54,382 nucleotides of DNA from Candidatus Andersenbacteria bacterium RIFCSPHIGHO2_02_FULL_46_16. GTDB lineage: Bacteria; Patescibacteriota; Andersenbacteria; UBA10190. The stretch spans positions 1 through 54,382 of the forward strand of contig MHHQ01000016.1 of NCBI GenBank assembly GCA_001817065.1, read 5' to 3'. Shown piece after piece: positions 29,274 through 37,801 of this stretch. The position numbers and the translations under genes are program-made. A model generated the notes under the pieces. The model saw only the letters and a program-made list of their open reading frames with translations, had not been told where the DNA came from and ran no database searches. Each line of letters opens with the position of its first letter. Position 1 is the stretch's first letter.

Positions 29274-29897
29274 ATGTCGTATCTAATTCCAACAGTATTG
29301 GAGAAGTCTCAGTTCGGAGAGAGAGCTTATGATATTTATTCACGTTTACTAAAAGAGAGGATTATTTTCTTAGGCGGACCAATCGGGGACGATGTGGCTA
29401 ACGTAATCATCGCCCAAATGATTTTCTTGGAGCATGAGGATCCCAAGAAAGATATTAAATTATACATTAACTCACCGGGAGGTTCAGTGACGTCCGGCAT
29501 GGCAATTTATGACACCATGCAATTTATTACACCGGATGTCTCCACGATTTGTGTAGGGATGGCAGCCAGCATGGCGGCAACGTTGATGGCCGGAGGGGCA
29601 GCTGGCAAGCGGCTGATCCTCCAGAATGCAGAAGTGATGATTCATCAGGTGATGGGAGGAGCAGAGGGGCAAGCCTCAGATATTGAGATAAATGCCAGGC
29701 ATATATTGAAGATAAAGGAACGTCTAAACAAGATATTGGCTCAACATACTGGTCAGCCGGTAAAAAAGGTGGAAAAAGATTCGGATCGAGATTATTATAT
29801 GTCTGCAGAGGAAGCTAAAGAGTATGGACTGGTTGATGAAATTATTACCACTATCGCAAACAGCACAGTAAAATCGGAACAGAAAGCAACTAAGTAA
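29274..29897 (+). CDS. clpP: ATP-dependent Clp protease proteolytic subunit
   Basis: [24 protein letters not shown], catalytic AASM / MIHQ / DRD. Confidence 0.97.
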   Translation: MSYLIPTVLEKSQFGERAYDIYSRLLKERIIFLGGPIGDDVANVIIAQMIFLEHEDPKKDIKLYINSPGGSVTSGMAIYDTMQFITPDVSTICVGMAASMAATLMAGGAAGKRLILQNAEVMIHQVMGGAEGQASDIEINARHILKIKERLNKILAQHTGQPVKKVEKDSDRDYYMSAEEAKEYGLVDEIITTIANSTVKSEQKATK

Positions 29898-30040
29898 GTA
29901 AGTAAGAGCGTAGCTAGGTAGCATTAATCAACAAAGAGTTTATACTTGGCGGTATTAATCTGCGCAAGGACAGTATTTTGTTGAAGAGGAAATGCAAGGT
30001 CTTTGCTGGGAGCTAAATTTGTTTAGCATGTGTTTATAAG

Positions 30041-30199
30041 TCTGATGGTCTGAAGGCGGTGAGATTATAACTGACAAGTCTGCGTGATAGTTAAGTGACA
30101 AATGACGGTGGTTTATACCAGGAAGAGGAAAGCTGGATATCTTAAAACTAGATTTTCCAGAACGGTGACGATAGCCGTTAGGTGTGACACCAGATCAGG
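30041..30199 (+). ncRNA. Candidate 6S RNA-like structured RNA upstream of rny
   Basis: Ends can pair (CTGAT/ATCAG, GGT/ACC, CTGAAGGC/GCCGTTAG with G.U) around a ~160-nt region in a 440-bp intergenic spacer. 6S RNA next to rny is a known arrangement in several phyla. Confidence 0.35.
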
Positions 30200-30339
30200 G
30201 TTAAGAGGAAGCAGGATTAGTTAAAATTCGTCATAGGAATCAGGCAGTAAACATTATCAGCTCAACTAAATTAGAGCCCTTCTTAAATTACTAATTTATC
30301 CACGACTAATTTAAGTCTGGAAGAAGGAGTTAAAACATT

Positions 30340-31869
30340 ATGACGACTATAACAGCTCTGACACTGGCCGTGGCGGCGGCGGGCGTAGGTGCCGGTATTG
30401 ATTACGTATGGCGTAAGCAGTTTGGCGTTAAATCGGCAAAATCACTGGAGAATAAGTTGGGGCAAAAGCTAGCGGAGGCTAAGAAACAAGTCGCGTATTT
30501 ACGCGAAAAAGCCGAGAGGGAAGCTAGGGAAATAAAATCGAAAGCAGAGCAGGAGCTAGATAAACGACGAGACCAACTAGTTAATTTAGAGAAAAGAGTA
30601 GCCGATCACGAAGGATCGCTGGAAACGAAAATTATGGGACTAGACAAGAGAGAGACGGATTTAAGGAATACACAAGCAAGCCTAGATAAACAAAAACAAC
30701 AATTAGTGGAATTGAAAGCAAAAGAGGAGCACCAGTTGGCGGAAATATCCGGCCTAACACCGGAACAAGCAGAAGCCAGGGTATTGGAGCTGGCAGAAGA
30801 GAGAACTTCTGACGAGATCGTTAGACGAGTGCGTAAATTAGAGAAGGAAGGAGAGAAACGTCTGGAAGATGAGGCCCGTAATATTCTAGCTAATATTATC
30901 CAGCGATACGCTGCATCACATGTCTCTGAGACAACCACTACGCATGTCCACGTGGAAGATGAAAGTATGATTGGACGAGTGATAGGTAAAGAGGGTAGGA
31001 ATATTCAGCATTTAGAGCGTTTAACTGGCTGCGAAGTGGTAATTGATGAAACACCTAATTCGATTATGGTGTCCGGTTTTTCACCAGTGCGGCGCCAAGT
31101 GGCGAAAACTGCCCTGGAGAAATTATTAAGTGACGGGCGCATACATCCAGGACGCATTGAAGAGGTAGTCGAAGAAGCCAAGAAGAAAATCAATGAGGAC
31201 ATCAAGGAGGCAGGAGAAGCTGTGGTGTACGACTTGGGTATCATGGATTTACCGGAACAATTGGTGCAACTGATTGGTCGCTTAAAATATCGCACGAGTT
31301 ATCGACAAAATATCTTGAAGCACAGTTGGGAAGCAGCGCATATTGCGACAATGTTGGCAGAAGAGCTGGGTGCAAACGTGAACGTGGCTAAAAGAGCCAC
31401 TTTGTTACACGATATCGGCAAAGCAATTGACCATGAGGTAGAAGGAAACCACGTAGAAATTGGCGAGAAAATAATGAAAAAGTTCGGCATTCCTGACGAA
31501 ATCATTAAGGCGGCCTCAGCACATCATGAGGACTATCCCTTCGAGACAGTGGAAGCAGTAATTGTTCAGGTGGCTGATGCTATTTCGGCAGCACGACCTG
31601 GCGCCAGACGGGACACGGCGGAAAAGTATATTAAACGCATGGAAGACCTGGAGAATATCGCTGGCAGCTTTGAGGGGGTAGAGAAGGCCTATGCGATCTA
31701 TGCAGGACGAGAAGTACGAGTCTTTGTTAAACCAACCGATATTGATGATTTACAAGCGATTAAACTCGCTCAGGGTATTGCCAAGAGGATTGAGCAAGAA
31801 TTGACTTATCCTGGTGATGTGAAAGTGAACGTGATAAGAGAGATGCGAACAAGCGCCATGGCTCGATAG
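30340..31869 (+). CDS. rny: Ribonuclease Y
   Basis: N-terminal TM, coiled coil, KH domain (GRVIGKEGRNI), HD domain (LLHDIGKA), ADAISAARPGARR. Confidence 0.97.
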   Translation: MTTITALTLAVAAAGVGAGIDYVWRKQFGVKSAKSLENKLGQKLAEAKKQVAYLREKAEREAREIKSKAEQELDKRRDQLVNLEKRVADHEGSLETKIMGLDKRETDLRNTQASLDKQKQQLVELKAKEEHQLAEISGLTPEQAEARVLELAEERTSDEIVRRVRKLEKEGEKRLEDEARNILANIIQRYAASHVSETTTTHVHVEDESMIGRVIGKEGRNIQHLERLTGCEVVIDETPNSIMVSGFSPVRRQVAKTALEKLLSDGRIHPGRIEEVVEEAKKKINEDIKEAGEAVVYDLGIMDLPEQLVQLIGRLKYRTSYRQNILKHSWEAAHIATMLAEELGANVNVAKRATLLHDIGKAIDHEVEGNHVEIGEKIMKKFGIPDEIIKAASAHHEDYPFETVEAVIVQVADAISAARPGARRDTAEKYIKRMEDLENIAGSFEGVEKAYAIYAGREVRVFVKPTDIDDLQAIKLAQGIAKRIEQELTYPGDVKVNVIREMRTSAMAR

Positions 31870-31950
31870 AGACTGCAGTGGGCTGTTAACACCCGGTATA
31901 CAAGGTTTGTTTAAGCGGTATCATAAGAGAGAGAAAACTATTGCTGAATT

Positions 31951-32817
31951 ATGAAATATCAAAGAGTGGGACTACACGTGTCGGCGTCCGGGGGCGTAAT
32001 AAATGCGCCGGATCGGGCGAAAGAGATCGGGGCAGAGTGTTTTCAGTTCTTTTCACGCAGCCCGCGCGGCGGGTTAGCGCCGATGATTAGTGAAGAGGAC
32101 GCAAAGCTTTTTATACAGCGGTGCCAGCAATATGAAATGGAATGTTATATTCATACCCCTTACTACATAAATTTTGCCGCACCCAAGAAGGAACTAGCTG
32201 AAAACACAATCAGGGTGGTACGTGAGGAGATGGAGAGGGCGAGTTTGCTGGGAGTTAAGTATGTAGTAACGCATTTAGGCAGTGCGAGGGATTGGCCAGG
32301 AGCAGAAAAGGGTAAGACACCAGGCGGAGCGTTGAAACGAACGATAAAAGGACTACGGGCCGTGCTGCATGGTAACCCAAAGTTTACCGCGCGTTTGCTG
32401 CTGGAGATCTCGGCGGGCACAGGGTCGGTCATTGGCAATTCTTTTGAAGAGTTAGCGTACATCATAAAAGGCCTCGGAAAGAAAAATATGCAGGTCTGCC
32501 TTGATACCTGCCATATGTTCTCGGCCGGCTATGACATAAGGACGAAAGAGGCATTAGACGAAACAATGAAGCAGTTTCGGGAACTGCTAGGTTTGGAGCG
32601 GCTAAAGCTAGTCCATGTTAATGACTCTAAAACAGGTTTAGGTGAACTAAAGGATCGCCACGAGCATATCGGGGCGGGTAAGATAGGGGAGGAGGGCTTC
32701 AGGACATTACTGGCACATCCTGATTTTCAGAACGTGAATTTTATACTGGAGACAAAACACGATGATTTAATTAAGCAGGACATGGAGAGACTGAAGGAGT
32801 GGAGAGGAGTTAAATGA
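31951..32817 (+). CDS. nfo: Endonuclease IV
   Basis: GLHVS..GG, HTPYYIN, THLG, LLEISAG, CLDTCH, HVNDSK, DRHEHIG, ILET. Confidence 0.95.
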   Translation: MKYQRVGLHVSASGGVINAPDRAKEIGAECFQFFSRSPRGGLAPMISEEDAKLFIQRCQQYEMECYIHTPYYINFAAPKKELAENTIRVVREEMERASLLGVKYVVTHLGSARDWPGAEKGKTPGGALKRTIKGLRAVLHGNPKFTARLLLEISAGTGSVIGNSFEELAYIIKGLGKKNMQVCLDTCHMFSAGYDIRTKEALDETMKQFRELLGLERLKLVHVNDSKTGLGELKDRHEHIGAGKIGEEGFRTLLAHPDFQNVNFILETKHDDLIKQDMERLKEWRGVK

Positions 32818-32982
32818 TCAAGCCCGAAGTTCAAATGTCAAAATCCAAATGTCAAATCCCGCCCTCAGGCGAGGCTCGCCCTGAAGGGCGGCAAATCCAA
32901 AACCCAAATGACCAATGGCCGATATTTTTGCATTTAGTCATTTGACATTGATTTGATATTTGTACTTTGGAATTGGGATTTA
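32812..32982. repeat. Heptamer-repeat inverted structure with nested REP-like palindrome
   Basis: CAAATGT/CAAAATC/CAAATGT/CAAATCC units followed by complementary ATTTGAC/ATTTGAT/ATTTGTA units. Confidence 0.65.
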
Positions 32983-32989
32983 ATAGTTT

Positions 32990-33625
32990 ATGTCCAAACA
33001 GCAGCAACTGGATGATCTGAATAAAGAATGGTCTGCTAAAGCCTTGCCTTTGCAGGCAGGTGCTACACAGGCGGTTCCGGGAGAAGGTAATCCTGACGCG
33101 GATATTTTATTTGTGGGTGAAGGTCCAGGAAAGGACGAAGATGAGCAAGGCCGGCCGTTTGTAGGAGCGGCAGGCAAGTTCTTGACGAATTTGATTGGCA
33201 GCATAGGGCTCAAGAGGGAAGAGGTATTTATTGCGAATATGGTCAAACATAGGCCTCCTGGTAATCGCGACCCTTTGCCAGAGGAGTTGGCAGCTTATGC
33301 ACCGTGGCTGGATAGACAAGTAGCGATTATACAGCCAAAACTGATCGTGACATTAGGCAGGTATTCGATGGCTCATTTTTTAGGTGAAACTTTATCTATA
33401 TCCAAGATTCATGGGCAGGCAAAGAGAAACAAGAAGGGCCAAGTCGTAATTCCCATGTATCATCCGGCAGCCGCGCTTTACCGAGGCAATTTAAGACCGG
33501 TACTGCTGGCTGATTTCCAGAAAATCCTTAAAGTATTAGCCCTAATCACCCAAGGCAGTCCGGTCAATGAAGAGGAAGACCAAAAAGAAGCTGTCTCTCA
33601 CCAAAAACAAGCCGCGCTGTTTTAA
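32990..33625 (+). CDS. Uracil-DNA glycosylase family 4, lacking the Fe-S cysteines
   Basis: VGEGPG, EDEQGRPFVG.AG, RPPGNRDP, IVTLG, YHPAAALY. Confidence 0.92.
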   Translation: MSKQQQLDDLNKEWSAKALPLQAGATQAVPGEGNPDADILFVGEGPGKDEDEQGRPFVGAAGKFLTNLIGSIGLKREEVFIANMVKHRPPGNRDPLPEELAAYAPWLDRQVAIIQPKLIVTLGRYSMAHFLGETLSISKIHGQAKRNKKGQVVIPMYHPAAALYRGNLRPVLLADFQKILKVLALITQGSPVNEEEDQKEAVSHQKQAALF

Positions 33626-33639
33626 GGCTCAACCCTCGC

Positions 33640-34410
33640 TTGTTCTCTAATAGGAACAAAAGTGATACAATGGAAATGTATTTTCTTTTTTCCATGACAA
33701 AACCGGGACCAAAACCTAGTAGAACCTCTAATCCAAGCTGGACGCCGGAGTTGGCTTACGCATGTGGATTAATTGCGACTGACGGCTCCCTTTCTAAAGA
33801 TGGTAGGCATATAAATCTGACATCTAAAGACGTGGAGCAACTCGAGACTTTTAAGAGGTGCATAGGAATTAACAATAAAATTGCATGGAAATCTAGTGGG
33901 TCATATAGAAACAGTTGTACATATGTGCAATTTGGCGATGTTGTTTTGTATAAATGGCTCATTTCTATTGGTATTACGCCAAAAAAGACTTTCACTATTG
34001 GTGTTGTAAATATTCCTGACAATTACTTTGCTGACTATTTAAGAGGTGAATTTGATGGTGATGGATCCACTCATGCTTATTGGGATACCAGATGGCACAG
34101 CAGTGTATCGCTATACTTGACTTTTGTGTGTGCTAGCAAAAAACACTTGAGATGGTTAAGAGGTGGAATAAAAAGAATGTTTAAAGCCGATGGCCTGATA
34201 CGATGTTATACAAATCATGTTCCCTATTTATTGTTTGCCAAAACAGAAGCAAGAAAGGTTTTTGAGGCGATGTATTATTCTGATGCTATCCCTTTTCTGA
34301 AGCGTAAAAAAGACAAATTTGATCGGCAATGGAGTTCTTTGGAGCAGTCACGGATTGGTAAAAGACCCGCAGGTTTTAAGGGGGGTGGTTCAATAATGCG
34401 TATAGCTTGA
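33640..34410 (+). CDS. Free-standing two-motif LAGLIDADG homing-endonuclease-like protein (real start probably 33670-33694)
   Basis: LAYACGLIATDGSL and DYLRGEFDGDGS motifs; no intron or intein host visible. Confidence 0.85.
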   Translation: MFSNRNKSDTMEMYFLFSMTKPGPKPSRTSNPSWTPELAYACGLIATDGSLSKDGRHINLTSKDVEQLETFKRCIGINNKIAWKSSGSYRNSCTYVQFGDVVLYKWLISIGITPKKTFTIGVVNIPDNYFADYLRGEFDGDGSTHAYWDTRWHSSVSLYLTFVCASKKHLRWLRGGIKRMFKADGLIRCYTNHVPYLLFAKTEARKVFEAMYYSDAIPFLKRKKDKFDRQWSSLEQSRIGKRPAGFKGGGSIMRIA

Positions 34411-34444
34411 AAAGAATCTAATGTACCTGTACTGTCTTAAATGC

Positions 34445-34528
34445 GCGGACGTGGAGAAACCGGCAGACTCGCAGCCTTGAGGGGGCTGTGGCCGCAAGGC
34501 CGTGTGGGTTCAAATCCCACCGTCCGCA
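34445..34528 (+). tRNA. tRNA-Leu(GAG)
   Basis: GCGGACG/CGTCCGC acceptor; CAGCC-TTGAGGG-GGCTG; long variable arm GGCC-GCAA-GGCC. Confidence 0.95.
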
Positions 34529-34744
34529 CTTAGATTCGGCTCATAGCCTCGCTCAGTGTAAACACAGTTTAAAACTAGGTTCGCCCCGAACTACGTAGAG
34601 TTTGGGGCGCCCAGTACCATACGTGGTACTGGGCAAGTCATCTCGTCCGCACTAAATTGGACTTCCCTATTTTTTGGAAGCTAAAGCAATGCAGCTACGC
34701 CACTATTTATCGGGAAGGCTTAGCGCTATTATTTGATACATTTA

Positions 34745-34784
34745 TTGTCAGAAATTGACAAATGTGTAATTCGTGTGCTATAGT
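34745..34784 (+). promoter_or_regulatory. Promoter of the TrmB-like gene with an overlapping palindrome
   Basis: TTGACA 34755-60, TGc-TATAGT 34779-84; TTGTCA-N5-TGACAA dyad over the -35. Confidence 0.6.
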
Positions 34785-34793
34785 AGCGGCAGT

Positions 34794-35555
34794 ATGGTCA
34801 ATGATCTTGAACTTGAATTGCAGAAAATCGGGCTTGATGAGCGCGAGGCTAAGGTTTATTTAGCGGCGTTGGAGCTAGGGCCCAGCCCGGTGCAGAAAAT
34901 TGCCCAGCGGGCGGGTATACCTCGTGCCACCAGTTATCTAGTACTGGATGATCTGCGGGATAAAGGGTTCATCACTACGTATGACGAGGGTAAAAAAACA
35001 TACTTTGTTGCTGAATCACCAGAACGACTGACAAATTTGGTAGATGAACGGGAAGCAGATATTAAAAGGCAAAAAGAAGTGATAAACAAACTTGTTCCGG
35101 AGCTAATTTCCCGGGGACAGTTTGAGCGGGGGCAGCGCCCGGTTGTGAGATATTATGAAGGGGCACAAGCTATTGGCGGCTTTGTGAGAGATTTACTGAC
35201 AGGTCGTGGTGGTGAAGTTCTTAATATTTTACATTTAGATCGTGCAATAAAGACATTAGAGCAGACCGGATTTCCAATAGAGAAAGTCCGCGAACGCCGA
35301 GCTAAGAATCGCATCAAGAGCCGTGTTATCTACACAGCTAATAATGGTCCGGTTAAGGGTTATTCAGCGAAGTTACGACAGGCTAAGTTTATCCCTGTGG
35401 ATCAATATCCCCTTGAGGCTGATATTAGTGTACGTGGAGATCGAGTATTCTTTATTCCTTACTCAATACCTTTGAGGGGTGTGGCAATAGAGGATAAAGC
35501 AGTTGCTAATGCCCTTAAAATGGTTTTTGAGTTGCTTTGGGATAAACTAGGGTAA
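34794..35555 (+). CDS. TrmB-family transcriptional regulator
   Basis: LQKIGLDEREAKVYLAALELG, IAQRAGIPRATSYLVL (wHTH), VRYYEG effector domain. Confidence 0.88.
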   Translation: MVNDLELELQKIGLDEREAKVYLAALELGPSPVQKIAQRAGIPRATSYLVLDDLRDKGFITTYDEGKKTYFVAESPERLTNLVDEREADIKRQKEVINKLVPELISRGQFERGQRPVVRYYEGAQAIGGFVRDLLTGRGGEVLNILHLDRAIKTLEQTGFPIEKVRERRAKNRIKSRVIYTANNGPVKGYSAKLRQAKFIPVDQYPLEADISVRGDRVFFIPYSIPLRGVAIEDKAVANALKMVFELLWDKLG

Positions 35556-35570
35556 AATTTGTCAAAGAAG

Positions 35571-35599
35571 TTGACATTTATTGATATTTGGGATACACT
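35571..35599 (+). promoter_or_regulatory. sigma70 promoter of a ~190-nt mini-transcript
   Basis: TTGACA-17 bp-TACACT. Confidence 0.7.
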
Positions 35600-35604
35600 G
35601 TTAT

Positions 35605-35798
35605 TACCTATTATTGTAAGGTACGTTCTTCAGCGCATGGCCTAGTGAGAAAGGAGGATAAAATGGGCGGAGGCTAAATTACCAGGGTGTCGAACGGTAG
35701 TGGTAACAAAGTTCTTTTGGTTCGCTAACCGTTCGACACGACGCAACAGCCCGGGACTAGACATTACACATTGTGAAGTCTGGTCACCGGGCTTTTTT
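35605..35798 (+). ncRNA. Candidate small RNA / minimal mRNA (SD plus MGGG*)
   Basis: Promoter, AAGGAGG at 35651-57, ATG GGC GGA GGC TAA at 35663-77, 12-bp stem 35687-35739, terminator 35748-35798. Confidence 0.5.
35748..35798 (+). terminator. Intrinsic terminator
   Basis: AGCCCGG-GACTAGAC...GTCTGGTC-aCCGGGCT followed by a T-run. Confidence 0.75.
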
Positions 35799-35852
35799 AT
35801 TTATTATATATAACAGATTATGTATGTATTATATTAGCTGATTTAAGCGGAT

Positions 35853-35916
35853 ATTATAGCAATGGTGAAAATATAGTGTCATAAATCTTGACATAATTTT
35901 ACCGTTCTGCTAAGGT
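35853..35916. promoter_or_regulatory. Back-to-back promoters with closely spaced -35 elements
   Basis: Plus strand: TTGACA 35888-93, 17 bp, TGc-TAAGGT 35911-16. Minus strand: ATGACA (35882-77), 18 bp, TGc-TATAAT (35858-53). Confidence 0.6.
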
Positions 35917-35953
35917 GCCCGTTACACAGAAATTTCAGAGGCAGACAGTTATC

Positions 35954-36226
35954 GGACAGCACCTTTCAGAAAACAACGTACATAACCTTTAACGCGGAGC
36001 CCTGGTCACATGAACTGGGTTCAGAGCCTTGGTAGCTCATTTGCCCAAAGTGGCCGGTATCAAAAGCGCTCCATCATCGTTTTAGGTTTCGTTTTGTTTT
36101 CTCAAAGGTGCTTGTTCCAGGAAATTAAAACTGGCGAGTACTTTGACAATTAAATAATTTCCCCTTTAGCTCCGAGCGTAACAGATCAAGAATGGAGTAG
36201 CTTCTGGGGGCTGAAGTGGAAATTAT
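35954..36226 (+). ncRNA. Highly structured 5' leader (long rod with multibranch apex, boxA-like site, second hairpin)
   Basis: GGACAGCACCTTTCAGAAAACAACG pairs with CGTTTTGTTTTCTCAAAGGTGCTTGTTCC; inner AACCT/AGGTT, AACG/CGTT, GGAGC/GCTCC; GTACTTTGACAA at 36138-49; ATAATTTCC/GGAAATTAT hairpin. Confidence 0.55.
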
Positions 36227-36256
36227 GCGTCAACACAGACACAAAGGGGGTAAACC

Positions 36257-36514
36257 ATGATCGTAAGAAATCCGGTAACGGGTACCCGGGGTTCCGATTT
36301 TGTGGATGCCCTGCCCAATGATTGGGACGAGGCATGGAAGTGGGCGGAACAGCGTGCGGGGAGCAGGGGAACGGGTGATGGCTTTGTCTCTCCTGACCTT
36401 CTGCGACGCGCGTACGTGTTCCTTTTTCAGGCGTTCGCCAGTGACTGTGGCGCCATGAAAGAGATCCAAACTCTCACGGTCACCCAGGTTGTCGAGTGGT
36501 ACCTGGATTTCTAG
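36257..36514 (+). CDS. Hypothetical protein (85 aa)
   Basis: ATG with AAGGGGG SD; first gene after the structured leader. Confidence 0.65.
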   Translation: MIVRNPVTGTRGSDFVDALPNDWDEAWKWAEQRAGSRGTGDGFVSPDLLRRAYVFLFQAFASDCGAMKEIQTLTVTQVVEWYLDF

Positions 36515-36794
36515 CAAACCACTCTCGGGATTGCACGGAGGCATGGCTTGACCCAACGAGCCCCCTTACCCTAGTACCAGAGCAAAGTTTGGTGCGGGAC
36601 TTCGCAATCCCTTTCCCTCTTTCGCGGTCAGCGTCAACTGACGTTTGGTCGTGAATGAGGGGAAACTCTAAGGGGGGAGAAATAAGAAATACTGTTAAGG
36701 AGCTGAAAGCCGGTGCCATCTGTGCCTCCTGAAAACCGGCAATGCTTATTTCTCTTTATCACTCGTCCGTCACTTTTTTAGAAGGAACAGAAGG

Positions 36795-37112
36795 ATGATG
36801 AATGAACAAGAAGTGCGTCGGTTGCGGTTTGAAATGTCTACTAAACTCTCTTTGTTGGCTGACGAGAGTGGGGACAAGAGGTTGTCCCTGGCGTCGGTTT
36901 TGCTCGACCCGCTGGCCACTGATGAGGAAGTGGGTGCCGAGTTTGCCGCTGCCAACATGACTGTCTGGCTGGAGAGGGTTCTGGCCGTGGCCGAGCGGAT
37001 CGAGGCTGACGCGAAGGCTGCGGAGGAGGCAATTCATTTCGACCGTCAGACTGATTGGGAGACGGACATCTCGGATGCCGAGCAAGGATGCTCTCCGGAA
37101 CCTCCTTTTTGA
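36795..37112 (+). CDS. Hypothetical acidic protein (105 aa)
   Basis: AAGGA SD; helical body; acidic tail ending EPPF, reminiscent of an SSB-type C-terminal tip. Confidence 0.7.
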   Translation: MMNEQEVRRLRFEMSTKLSLLADESGDKRLSLASVLLDPLATDEEVGAEFAAANMTVWLERVLAVAERIEADAKAAEEAIHFDRQTDWETDISDAEQGCSPEPPF

Positions 37113-37271
37113 ACTCTCGTTAATCAAGCAGGTTGGCAGGAACACCGCGCTTAGTTCACAAGAACTATGCCTGCCGTAAAACACAAGCGGATTGTACTCT
37201 TGACCGTGAGAGGCATTGAGAGGAATCGTGGTTTGCGATTCTCTCTGTGAGCGGTATGGGAGAAAAACACC

Positions 37272-37616
37272 ATGGCGAAAGTTTACTTTGGTTTTGCATT
37301 AGCTGATTCTATGTTCAATGGTGACTGCACGATTGTGCGCCGTCAGTTGACAGCAGAGGAGGCTAAGGTGCGTGTTGATCAGGGAGTAGTGCCCAGTCTG
37401 AATCCGAGTCACAAGGCGACGATTGAAGCGATGCGGACTCGGTTTGGGATTGACGTGGCGATCCCCGAAAAACCGCCGCAAGTTTCTCTCTCCGCTGGCG
37501 ACTCCATTATAGTGATGGGTGTCCGTGGTTTGGCGCGGTTGACTGACCGTCATGAATACACCGCGGAGGAAATAGCGTCAGTGAACTTCGCTTTCGCGGA
37601 GTACGCCGTTAGCTAG
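37272..37616 (+). CDS. DUF1874/STIV-B116/YddF-like protein; candidate AcrIII-1-type cA4 ring nuclease (divergent)
   Basis: 114 aa with GGGAG SD. Pattern KVYFGFA...SM, LTAEEAK, SLNPSH47KAT, FGI, VSLSAGDSIIV, RLTD...YTAEEI, F.F..Y follows the family layout as recalled (KVYLxNAFS..M, SxIGH47xST, L..GD, RLxEG..L..EE). Confidence 0.6.
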   Translation: MAKVYFGFALADSMFNGDCTIVRRQLTAEEAKVRVDQGVVPSLNPSHKATIEAMRTRFGIDVAIPEKPPQVSLSAGDSIIVMGVRGLARLTDRHEYTAEEIASVNFAFAEYAVS

Positions 37617-37801
37617 TTGTTCTTTCCAGCTTCAGCTGGTTTTCCCTAAAATCCTCGGGATAAAAAACCAGGTATCCCCAAAGTCAACTGATTTTGGGGC
37701 TTTTCTTTCAGAATCTTACGTAATATATATCGGTAGGATTCTGGAATCAAAAGTTAGCAAGTTAGGTGCACTGTTCTTTTTTAAGGGAGGCCTTGAAGGC
37801 C

